This document shows, one piece after another, positions 24,034-35,500 of a stretch of DNA of 64,000 bases. Below the pieces are notes generated by a model that saw nothing but the letters and a program-made list of their open reading frames with translations, searched no databases and was not told where the DNA came from. Source of the stretch: Octopus vulgaris (Eukaryota); contig OX597819.1 in the NCBI GenBank assembly GCA_951406725.2, positions 77,066,001 through 77,130,000 of the forward strand, in the 5' to 3' direction. Every line of letters begins with the position of its first letter. Position 1 is the first letter of the stretch. The position numbers were made by a program, and so were the translations under genes.

Positions 24034-24482
24034 CACTGTTTAATTCAGCATTGATCCTAATTGAACAGAGCTGTGATCACAGGTATTCCAGCTGTGGCCA
24101 TCCTTATTCTTTTTCAGACATAGTTTATTGTAGGTTCCATTGTCCAATGAATTATTATTTTAGGGGAATTTGGTTTCTATTTCTTGCAAGCTTACTGACT
24201 TCATAGAACTGGAGTAAGGAGTTCCTTGCAGGTAGATGAATTTCACCACCATTCAAGTTTGAAATTTCACACTGACAATGTCTCAAGAAATCCACCAACA
24301 GGATTCATTGTCTTTTCACAGAGCAGATGTATTCTCCACAAATCCCTCTACAATTATAATTTACTCTTACTACCAAAGAGGTTTCCCAGCCGTGAGTTAA
24401 AGCTTCTTCATTGGCTTTTGACAACTATAAAGTATTCATGATACACAGAGTCTTCCAGCCTCTCAATATTAATCTGAGTGTG

Positions 24483-24700
24483 AGGCAGTAAGCTGGCAGA
24501 ATCATCACTGCACTGGGCAAAATACTTAGTGGCATTTCTTCTGTCTTTACATTCTGATTTCTGATACTGCCAGGGTAGACTTTGCCTTTCATCCTTTCGA
24601 GTTTGATAAAATTGGTACCAGCTGAACACTGGGGTCGATGAAACTGATTTACCCCCTCTCTCACAATGGTTGGCCTTGTGCCAAAATTTGAAACCAATAT
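24483..24700 (+). mobile_element. SINE family B
   Basis: GCTGGCAGAATC...GACTTTGCCTTTCATCCTTTCG...GGCCTTGTGCCAAAATTTGAAACC. Confidence 0.88.
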
Positions 24701-25728
24701 TGAACTGAGTAGCTACATTACTGATACTCTTATAGTTATCTTTTCTCTTCTATGGTTTTGTTATTCTAATTTCAAAGCAATTTATGAAATAATGTCTACA
24801 GTATTAAAAATTAGATTTTCTTGTCATATTTATATGCAATCATATTTTATATATATATTTTATATATATATTTTTTTGGTATACATTTGTCTTATTTCAT
24901 TGTTTCTGCTCTAATGACATTAGTTATCCATAAGCATTTCACATTATCCAATTGCTCATGTCTACATAAATTTATTAGACAGATTTCAAGATATCATTGC
25001 ACCTGATTGTTTTGATTGCAAATTACTCAGGAACAGTTAATTGATTCCAAATGTCATTACTAGTTATCTCTACCAAAATGTTTCAACTGTTTAATTGTTC
25101 ATGCATTCAAGTGTAATTAGTGAATTTAATGCTAAGATTCAAGTTGCTGTGCGTCTTCAACTTGTATATTTCTCCATTGAAGGTCACTGATCTAAACTAA
25201 AAACATTCCATCTATTGATATACCAGTGTTTCCTTTCTGTTTTCCTTTTCTCCCTGCACAAATTCTTGTCTTATTCAGCTTTTCTTTCACTACCTTCAAC
25301 TTCATTAGAGTAATTATTTTCTATTTTAATTGTGTCAGATTATTAGAAAAAAATCTAAATACTAACTTAGATGGTTTGGTATAAATTTTTTTATTACATT
25401 TATAAAAATTATATATTTCATGGTTCTCTGTAGACTTCTGACCCTCTTATACTTTTCAAAGTAATCCTGGGATTTTCACAGGTACTGCTAGCTATTAGTA
25501 TTTCCGTTATTACGAGTACTTTATGCTCTATATTTTAGGTTATCAATAATTTTTTAGATAATGTGGTTGTTTATACTTCATGAATAAAGAGATTGCAGTA
25601 TTATGTTTTGGTCTTTTTCTATCATGAGACAGTCTACAGGTTTACATCTGCATCCAGGTCTCTTTGATATGGATCTTTATTCCTTTCTTATAGCATATTT
25701 TATTTATTTGCACTCTCACACTCTTGCT

Positions 25729-25840
25729 CGGTCCGAGGCTATTGTAGAAGACACTTGCCTAAGGTGCCACGCTGTAGGACTGAACCCGGAACCATGTGGT
25801 TGGTAAGTAAGCTACTTACCACACAGCCACTCCTACGCCT
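25729..25840 (-). mobile_element. SINE family A head only, low divergence
   Basis: Closely matches 60140-60255 and retains CpGs. Confidence 0.9.
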
Positions 25841-26875
25841 GAATAAATAAGCATTAGATTTGACAAAGTAATTTGAATGACAAAGGATTAATCAATTAGA
25901 ATTACACTTGTAATGAAGAACAAAACTCATTAATTAATTTTAATGACTCTTACCATTAAAAGTGAGGTAAGCAACTCTGAAATTCACAAGAATTAAAAAT
26001 TGAAGCATGTTGCTTGTTGTATTAGGGGTAACAAAAGCTTTATAATATATTTTCAACTGGTTGTTAAAAATGTTGTGTGAAATAAACTACCATCTGTAGA
26101 GTATCAGAGAGCATTGACTTCTGTTGTTTTAACCTTCCCATCATCACTAATTTAATTTGATTTTTGTTTAGATAATTCTATCATTAATTTCTTTGCAATA
26201 TTTTATATGTGTAGTCAGATTGTATAGCTATTGAAAAGGTTCTATTTTTAAAAGAAAGTTTACAAAATAAAACAAAACACAATAATAGTAGTTATAATAA
26301 TAATAATAATAATGATAATAATAATAATAAAATTCTTATCTAAAACTCTATTTACATCTTATGAATATATCATGGTTTTATCTCGTGTTTCCTAAGTTTC
26401 ATTCTATTATCAAACTCACATTTTTGCAACACATTTTATTGATTTGATCTGGATACTGTGTTTGTATAACACTTCTAGATATCACTTCTAAAAGAAAATG
26501 TTATCATAACAATCCTTTGGTCTAGGAACAGCCAACCCTCTTCCTTTCCAAAGTTCCAAGTCAGAACAATTACCTAGTATTGCTCGCAGTACTAAATCAT
26601 CTGTGCCAATCCCTTTGTTTTTTGGGTTTTTTTCTTTTTATTATATACATGGAAATGATTTAAAGGCTTATGTGTATTGATTCTCTGTAGACATTTTTTG
26701 CAAACTGTTATTGACACACCGCTAGATTGTTCTGATGAAGTTTGCACTATCAAAGCATTTGGTTTACAAATGGCACCACCTTTTGGTACAGCTGACAATA
26801 ATGCTAGATTATAAAAATGCAGATTACGTATTTGTCATAAAATGGCTATCAAATATATAATGCACACACACATAC

Positions 26876-27056
26876 ACATGGCTGTGTGGCTAAGAACCTT
26901 ACTTCCCAACCATATGGTCTAGGGTTCAGTCTCACTGTACAGCAGTTTGGGCAAGTAAGTGTCTTCTATAGCCCTGGGCCAGTCAAAGCCTTGTGAGTAG
27001 ATTTGTTTGATTATACACAAACACATATATATGTGTGTGTGTGTATATAATATATA
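26876..27056 (+). mobile_element. SINE family A, 5' half
   Basis: CATGGCTGTGTGG...GGGTTCAGTCTCACTG...AAAGCCTTGTGAGTAGATTTG. Confidence 0.85.
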
Positions 27057-27309
27057 TATAGCGTTGCTATTATGTTAAACCGTTATATGTCCAAATTTGG
27101 CCAAATGCGTTTTTTTCAATATTTTTACTTGCAATAACCTATTCTTTTGGTCAAACTATTGCATCTCCAGCTGCTTCAGATGCCAAGATATCAAAAATTG
27201 TCAAAGTGTAGTACAATGATTTTGCTATAGATTGGTGAAACTATTTTTTCATTTTCTGAAAAAGCAACGTTTTGGACTTGTGACACTTTTGCATAATAGC
27301 AACGATATA
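27057..27309. mobile_element. MITE with about 39-bp imperfect TIRs, inserted in (TA)n
   Basis: Left end TATAGCGTTGCTATTATGTTAAACCGTTATATGTCCAAA. Reverse complement of the right end TATATCGTTGCTATTATGCAAAAGTGTCACAAGTCCAAA. Confidence 0.82.
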
Positions 27310-28150
27310 TAGTCAATTCAAATAAATGAATATAAAAATTAACAGACAGCAAGAGGACATGCATAAGGAATGTATGGATGCTTGATAGAAAAAGAGAATT
27401 TTTAATACCAGCTCAGCCCTCATCAAGCAGGCCTGTGGCCAAAGACAGCTGTGACCTTTTCTTCTTTTTTTTGTCTTACATGCAAGTAACTTGGAATCAC
27501 AACATCCTACTTGTAATTTTCTCAAATTATTAGATGTGCCTTGAAATAAATTTAGCTGCTATTTCTAACATGTCAAGTGATGTCATAGAATATTCTTTTT
27601 CCAAAATATTTTTTATTTTTTACCTTTTTATAAGTAGCTAAATCCAACCTCTCCATTCTCCTTTACTAGCTGGTAATAACTATTGAACTTTTCTTTTTCT
27701 GATATTTCTTCTTGCTATCAAAATATTTTTAAATTCTTAGTAACGTTTGTCATGAATAACTGATTTGTGGAGTATAATTTCAGGTTGATTTCATTGAAAG
27801 GAGATAAAAATTCCATTCTAATGATTGATTGTTGAATTTAAAGCATTTCTTTTTTATATCACACATAGCATCAGATACGATGTGCTACACAGTCTCTCAT
27901 ATGTTAACCAAATTTGTTCTTACAATAAAATATAGTAGTACTAACAAGTATTTCTGTATTTGTTTGGTATGTGACTTGGCAGTGGAACTGTGTCAGTGAC
28001 AAGGTTACATTGGTACATCGAGCTTTTTCACACCTCATTAAATAAATGAAAAGTGAATATAACAGATTTAATGCAATTTTAGATGCCTAAGATGGTAATT
28101 CTGTGCTGTAATTACTTGAAAAAAATTTTTTATTGAAGATGTATACTATA

Positions 28151-28720
28151 AGTGCAGATGTGGCTGCGTGGTTTAGAAGTTTGCTTTGCAACCATGTGGT
28201 TTTAGGTTCAGTCCCATGATGTGGAAAATTGGACAAGTGTCTTCTTATTTCTTTATTGCCCACAAGGGGCTAAATGTAGAGGGGACAAACAAGGACAGAC
28301 AAAGGGATTAAATTATGTCGATCCCAGTGCGTAACTGGTACTTATTTAATTGACCCTGAGAGGATGAAAGGCAAAGTCAACCTCGGTGGAATTTGAACTC
28401 AGAACATAGCAGAAGACAAAATACCACTAAGCATTTCACCTTGCGTGCTAACGTTGTCTTCTGCTGTAGCCCTAGGTCTACAGAAACTGTGTGAGACCTT
28501 GTCCTATATATGTATATATCTTAGTGTTTATACCTCCCACCAGTGACAACCAGTGCTGGTTTGTTTACATCCCCATTACTTAGTGCTTTAACAAAAGAGA
28601 CTAATAGAATAAATACCAAACTTTAAAAAAATAAGTACTGGGAGGATTTGTTTGATTAAACTTTTCAAGGTAGTGCTTCAGCATGGCCATAGTCCAATGC
28701 CTGAAACAAGTAAAAGATAA
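28151..28720 (+). mobile_element. SINE family A interrupted by a SINE B
   Basis: Head at 28151-28245. The sequence resumes at 28455 and runs to the tail CTGAAACAAGTAAAAGATAAA. Confidence 0.9.
28246..28454 (-). mobile_element. SINE family B, 5'-truncated, with 8-bp TSD TGTCTTCT
   Basis: TSD at 28238-28245 and 28455-28462. Confidence 0.92.
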
Positions 28721-29189
28721 ATGAGTAATCCTTTTGTGTTAATCAAACACTAAACTAGTAAGGGTGCATCACTTGGTAATTGACTGTTAAAGGTTTGAAT
28801 TATGCCATACATAATAACAAGAGGGTCATTGAAGTTAAGCCTGACAGGTGATCTCTCATGAATCAATTCACTGATAAAAGTATTTGTAAGTAAAGGTAAA
28901 CAATATTTATTCATTAAAGCAACATTACAAGCCAACTGGATTGCAGTTACAACTTCCATATCATTGGTGTTGAGTGAAAATTTCATTTCCTTGTTGCATA
29001 AAATCATAACAGGCCATGCAATAGTTTAAATCACTGTGCCTTATGAATGTTTAATTTTTTGGTTAACCTGATCAAGCATAGCTATGGTCATATTCCCAAC
29101 ATGGCCATCCTGTCCTTTTCTAAGACATAGTGTACTTAGGAACACATGATCCAATATGTCCTTCTTTTCTAGGATAAAGGGTGATTTAA

Positions 29190-29415
29190 CTCTTTTAACT
29201 CTCAGATCGCTCTGTCAAATATAATCTTCATTCATTCACATTCTCTTGAATTAATCATGCGCTATCTCATAGCTTTGAGATTTCAATGATATGGTTGTTC
29301 ATTTTTAGATTGACATTGGAGAGTAAGTGTGACATGCAGGATCTGGCCAGTTTGAACAGGTATATAACAGGTAGAATATTTGGGGCTGGATAGGGCCAGT
29401 TTCAATACTAAAGGA
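29190..29415 (+). mobile_element. MITE family E inserted in a family F repeat
   Basis: TTAA at 29186-29189 and 29416-29419. The interior aligns by eye with 5516-5736. Confidence 0.8.
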
Positions 29416-29854
29416 TTAAAAGAAAATTCATTGCTGGTTGTATTAGCTTCATGGTCACATACAGGTTTCCCTGTTGGCTAGTGTTGAATGAAATTTTCTT
29501 CTTCGTGTTAATCTAGAATCCTGACCGGATTAATAACTTCTCTGTGCTATACAGCAGTGATTGGATTATTGTTTTCCTAAGCATCTGTTTTCTGAGTACA
29601 TATCACAAGAGATTTATGTAATGTAGATGCATTGTTAGGGTATTTTATTTGCTGAAGCAATGTTCAAGCAGTGAACAGAATGTTGATTTAATGTTCTGTG
29701 TTTTCCAACATCTTTGAGGTATGCCTCTCCATTGCGAATCATTTAGTTCCTTCTGTGTATAAATGAAGAATTGATGACAGAAGATATCCAGTTGTCTGTT
29801 TCACTGTAACAGAACATCATAAACAATAGTTTTAATGCAAATATTCTTTCTCTT

Positions 29855-29915
29855 CACTCTCTCTCTCACTCATGTATATACATACATACATACATATATA
29901 CATACATACATATAT

Positions 29916-29952
<37 letters not shown>

Positions 29953-30000
29953 CATACACACATATATATACATACACACACACATATATGTGTGTGTATG

Positions 30001-30037
<37 letters not shown>
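29855..30037. repeat. Compound (CT)/(CATA)/(CA)/(TA) microsatellite
   Basis: Read directly. Confidence 0.95.
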
Positions 30038-30040
<3 letters not shown>

Positions 30041-31679
30041 CTGTTCTTCTTTTTCTAAGTTGTTCTTTTTATTCCCTTGTTTCTTCCTCTTCATCTTCTC
30101 TTTAATTAACAACCTCCTTTGACCTTTTTCTCTTTCCTTCCTCTGTCCACCTATTTTGCTCCTTCACCCCCACCCCCTTCTCATTCATTTTCATATATAT
30201 ATCTCTGGCTTTTCATGTGAACACCATTCCTTTCTCTCCCATTCTCCCCTTCCTCGGCAGCTTTTTGTCATTTTTAATATAAATAAAAAAAAACAACCCT
30301 AATTATATTGTCAAAACTTGCTGTTATCTGCTTCTCACTATTTTATTAAAATTTTGCATAATTTCTTACAACTACAAATTCTGATGCAAACCGCTACATG
30401 TAAATCATATCCAAGTGAGCTGGTAATATAAAATAGATTAACAATCTTTTGTCTTTATTGAAGGTGTCCATATTTTGATTAGTTTTCTCCTAAATTGAAT
30501 ATGTTTATTCTGTTTTGTCCATGAATTCAGATCCTATCTCCTTGCAAACTTGTTGAACAAATCTTTACTCAAAGCTTCAATTGTAGTTCTCTTAACTCTT
30601 AATACCATTATATTTTTCCTGTCCTTTCATGTCGTATTGAAACTGAAAGTTTAATGCAAAAGCCTCTAGTAGTGTCTCTGAAGTTTCCTATGTATAAAGG
30701 ACACGTTGAGTAGTTTTGATTGATGTTGGATTATATTTGGAATCCTTGCTTTGTATTCTGTCTTTCTTAAGAGATTTTTCCATTGGATTTATGTTTGTTC
30801 TTTTCTAGGACTGTCATAGATTAACTGATTCTTCATGAATCACAAGGACAAAAGGGAGTTGGTGTTCAAGTCCAAATTCTGTAGTGTTAAAGGAGAGGGG
30901 AAGTAAATCTCTTAGGATAGAAGAATATTATTGCATGTTGCTTCACCTCATGAATTTGGCCAATTAAAAAAATTAACACTACAAACCAATCAAATTCTTG
31001 TCAGTTTCATGATACTAATGCTGTAGTTTAACCTCATTGGACATAAGGTGAAAGGTTTCTAAACATAACCATTTTGATTTAGGTTTGTAAGACTACATTA
31101 TCCATTGTGTCCTTTGATGATATGTTTAAAAGAATTTGGTTACTATTTCTAACAGGGTGAGTGATCATAGCAAGAGTATCTATTGAAAGATGGATCAACT
31201 TAGTTAAGTCTGTCTCATTTTGTCACATCTCAGCCAGACCGTTGTTATTTTTATCTAGTATCCTTTTTAATTATTATTTATGATTATGTAGAATGTGGAC
31301 AAAATGGCTTAGTGGCTCACTGTTCATGGATTACAAGTCAAAATCCACTAATTCTCTAATCAGAACACTAATGTACACACACAAACACACACACGTATAA
31401 TCATTTCAATTTTGCTGTTAGAATAGTTTATTAAACACTTACCATTGTTTCATGTGATTGCTGTCATCAAATCTATGGGAACAATTCCTTTAACTACAAT
31501 AAAGTCAGTAACTTTATTCCTTCACTGCAGCATCATTATAATCAATAATTTTCCAGCTAAGACTTAATTGCTTCTCTGCAATATAACCAGATATCATATA
31601 AATTCATTAGTGACAGTGAACATGTCACTAATTTCTATCAGAAACTTTCCTTACAAAACTAACTGCAATGAGTCAGTGA

Positions 31680-32130
31680 CAGAACCTCTGTACTAATTAT
31701 ACACTTATTCAGTCTGTTAGAAATTTATCCAAATTTCCCTTAAATTACACCTTGAATTCTCAAAATATTCATTAACTATATTGGATATGTATATATTTCT
31801 TTACTACCCACAAGGGGCTAAACACAGAGGGGACAAACAAGGACAGACAAAGGGATTAAGTCGATTACATCGACCCCAGTGCGCAACTGGTACTTAATTT
31901 ATCGACCCCGAAAGGATGAAAAGTCGACCTCAGTGGAATTTGAACTCAGAACGTAACGACAGATGAAATACGGCTATGCATTTCGCCCGGCGTGCTAACA
32001 TTTCTGCCAGCTCACCTATATTGGATATGTATAGTCCTGAGTATACAAGATGATGAAATGGCCAAAGCAGGTACTTTTTTGATATTAGGTCTACTTAACC
32101 AGGGCTGGCATGGAGCTAAACAATAACAGC
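31680..32130 (+). mobile_element. Family F repeat with an (AAC)n-like tail, hosting a SINE B insertion
   Basis: CTGTTAGAAAT...CCAAATTTCCCTTAAATTACACC ... CAGGGCTGGCATGGAGCTAAACAATAAC. Confidence 0.65.
31794..32015 (-). mobile_element. Young SINE family B copy with a perfect 18-bp TSD
   Basis: CTATATTGGATATGTATA at 31776-31793 and 32016-32033. Many CpGs are retained. Confidence 0.96.
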
Positions 32131-34552
32131 AATATTGCAATTGGGTTGCATAAATTTGTGTATTTGATCAAAATTTGTTGAAGTACATTTCACTCTGTGT
32201 ATTGACTTACAGGAAAATACTATTAAATATTCTTTGTTGTTAATGACCTACATTCTTATCAGAACTAGAGAAGTCAGTCTGGCCATATTGATGTGTTACT
32301 GGCCTCTATACTAGTAACATAAGTCAGTACATAATGTATACAAAAAACAGTTTAGAAACAAACAGCAGAAAACTTAAATAATGGTCTGATGCCATCATCT
32401 TTGTCATCATCATTATGCATCTCTCTTTTTTTTTAATGTTGGTTAGTGTTGGATGCTTTTTCTGAGGCAAGGACTGGATGCCCTTCTTGTTGCCAATCTT
32501 TTCAGTAGGTTTTTATGCCATGCAAGTATGTGATGTACCTAATGTGAAACCAGTAGATATACAGTATATATTCTTCAAGAAAAATGCAAAGAGAGTTCTG
32601 AGAATCTTGCAATAAAACAGAAGAGTTGGGCCATAGCGTCTGCTTCATTCTTTCTCCATGAAAAACACTATGACATTACTTCCATGGAACTTTCTCTTTG
32701 TTTAATTTTTTGTTTTGTTTTGTTTTGTTCTTTATATAAAACCACTGCCTGAAACATTGAACTCTCTGTTCCTTCCCTGCAGCGTAAAATTAATTACCTT
32801 GTATTAATTATTTGTGATTTGTTTTTTTCTTCTCGTTCCTGAAATCTGTTTTGACTCTGTCACTCATACTATGCTGTTCCCTATGCAATGTGTTAGAATA
32901 ACATTTGCTGCACTACTTAATTGGCAGCAGACTAACTGTATTGGCAGGTGGTGGTGGGGGGAGCGAGAGGGAGATAGATAGTGAGTGAGAGAGAAAAAAC
33001 TTGGTTATGGAGTATTGAACTAATTAAAAATTGACAAATAGCTTCTCAGTTCACGAAATCAAGATTGAGTCTACCCCCATGAGAATGATTGAATGAATGG
33101 AAATGTAGAATACTTTTTCCTTAATACACATCTTGATAAATATTCAATGATAATAAAAAGAACAAGAAAACAAACAAACAAATCATGTTTCTTTTCCATA
33201 ACAATGGCCTCCTTATATGAACCAATGAATATTTCTAATATTCAATGCGCTTCCTCTTTTCAGTGCAATGCTGACTGGAGTGATGTTTGATAATGTTTCT
33301 TGTAAATTTTTTGCAAATTTAATTATGTGTATTATTCTTTCCTCCGCCTTCATTTTTTTTTTTTTCCTTTTTGTCAAATCTATCACTTGTTTCAATTTAC
33401 AAGCATGCTGATGCCAAAAGATCTCTCCTACTCGATGTCTGGTGTAGAGATAAGGTGACAAAGTTCTTTGATTTTTCGGACAAAACATTTGAGAAGTGTG
33501 AAATAATCTAAACATAACCTGAAGGGGTTCTTGTACAATCTTTAAAGTAGTATTATTATCTATGATTGGATGAAATGTGATGATAACATAATCAGTAAAG
33601 TGAAAAGTATATTTGCCTTGAGATAAGATATCTTCACTGGTGATTGCTGAAATAAAAATAATAGTAATAATAACAATAAATAAGTAATTAGAGAAGTTAA
33701 TTCTAGGAGGGTAATTTATATAAGCTGTTATACTTCTATAAATTCTTAGCCAGAAATATTGCTCCTGCCTGTACTAAAGTTGGACAATCTATCGATTGTT
33801 TTTGTTTTATATATGTATAAAATCAATATATTGTCCAACTTTGTTTTATACTCACATATTGCAATCAATATACTGTTCAACTTTGTTGTGTATACACACA
33901 CATACACACTAATGCAACAGTCAATAAATCATTCAACTTCAATACACACACACATATACACACACAAGTGACACTGAATACTGCCTGTTAGGTATAAGCA
34001 CAGCCAAACACAAGAAACCTACCACACATGTTCACAAACACACACGATCAAACACGGTGAAATTCACAGATTTTCGTAGTAAAATAAAAAGTGATTTGTG
34101 ATAAAACGAAAGCAGTTATGAATTTTCTCTAGTCATAGAGTGTGTATTCCTTTATGTTGTTGCCAACTTTGAAAGTGATGACCTATGCATAAGTATTCAT
34201 AAAAAATGTTATTATTTTAGCCAGTTTTTATGTGACCCAGAAGAAGTCATAATTTTCCATATTGAGAAAACACTCTGATCAACTGCTCTAAATTTTGAAA
34301 AGGTCATCCTAATGAAATAGATTGCTCAATCTGTTTGTATGCTTCTTACTACAAGTGTCGAGAGTAGCTCTGACTTTGGTACCATTGTCTTGTCTTTCTA
34401 TCATTTTCTTGTTTTAGTCATCAAACTGTGGCCATGCTTGGAGACCGCCTTGAGGGGTTCAGTTGATCAACGCACCCCGAGTACTTATTTTTAAGCCTGG
34501 TACATGTCCTGTATATTTGAATTTTTTGTGTGCTATTATATGCTCATATTTC

Positions 34553-34772
34553 AAGGTGGTAAGCTGGCAGAACAATTCACATACTGGAAAACCTACGTAG
34601 TGGCCTTTCATCTGTCTTTACATTTCTGAATTCAAATTTCTCTGAGGTTGACTTTACAATTTATCCTTTTAGGATTTTAGTAAGTACCAGTCAAGTACTG
34701 GGGGTAGAGGGATGTAATCAACTTGCCCCACCCTTCAAAACCTACTGGCTCTGTGCCAAAATTTGAAATCAT
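34553..34772 (+). mobile_element. SINE family B, decayed
   Basis: GCTGGCAGAAC...TTCAAATTTC...TAAGTACCAGTCAAG...TGTGCCAAAATTTGAAA. Confidence 0.8.
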
Positions 34773-35269
34773 TGTTTGTTCACATTTGAGTCAGAATAGC
34801 ATAGAAAAATTGAAACTTATGGGACGTGTATAAAACTGACCATATTATTATGATGATGGCAACAGATTATTTTCACTCTATTCATTCTGTTTGGTGTTGT
34901 ATCACATGAGTTCCAATAATCTCATATTTATTCTAAAACATAAGATTTTAATATCATGCCAAAAAAAAAATCAATAAAAGATAATACAAAAATAGCTAAA
35001 TTGCATTTTGTGAATGGTTTTTTTTTGTTTTTTATTTTTGAAAGAACTTTAAATTGTGGTTATTCCAGAATGTGTTATTTAATATACATAGGTTTTTTTC
35101 CACAAAATGAAATCTGTTGCAAAGATCTTTAAAATGCGATCAGTCTTATCTATATTATACTTGAAATAGTTTGCCACAAGAGAAAAAATATTCTGAAATC
35201 TCAGAGATATGTAGAAATGCAGCAAAACATGGTATTTGAAATGTAAACATTGGCATTGTTATAAAGTTA

Positions 35270-35500
35270 TTATTTATCCCCCTGTTTAGTCTTGACTGAG
35301 TATACCCAATGATCAAAAATATCTCGGGTATGACCATCCTGTCTAATTTCTAAATTCCGCATATCAGAACAGGTAGTATCTATGAATACATTATCTACCA
35401 AAATCCCCAGCACCACCACCACCATAAACAGTAGTTTGTAAATTTGAAGGTGATTTTTGGCTGCTATTTCTAGCAGATCACTCATTGCAATACATTTGTA
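35270..35500 (-). mobile_element. Family F repeat
   Basis: ATGATCAAA...ATGACCATCCTGTC...GGCTGCTATTTCTAGCAG. Other copies near 24050, 29060, 38460, 54350, 55400 and 62890. Confidence 0.7.

Noticed and set aside
26691-26785. Possible coding exon (HFLQTVIDTPLDCSDEVCTIKAFGLQMAPPF)
   Set aside because: The acceptor is plausible, but the donor is weak, the peptide is unrecognised, and I found no compatible neighbouring exon.
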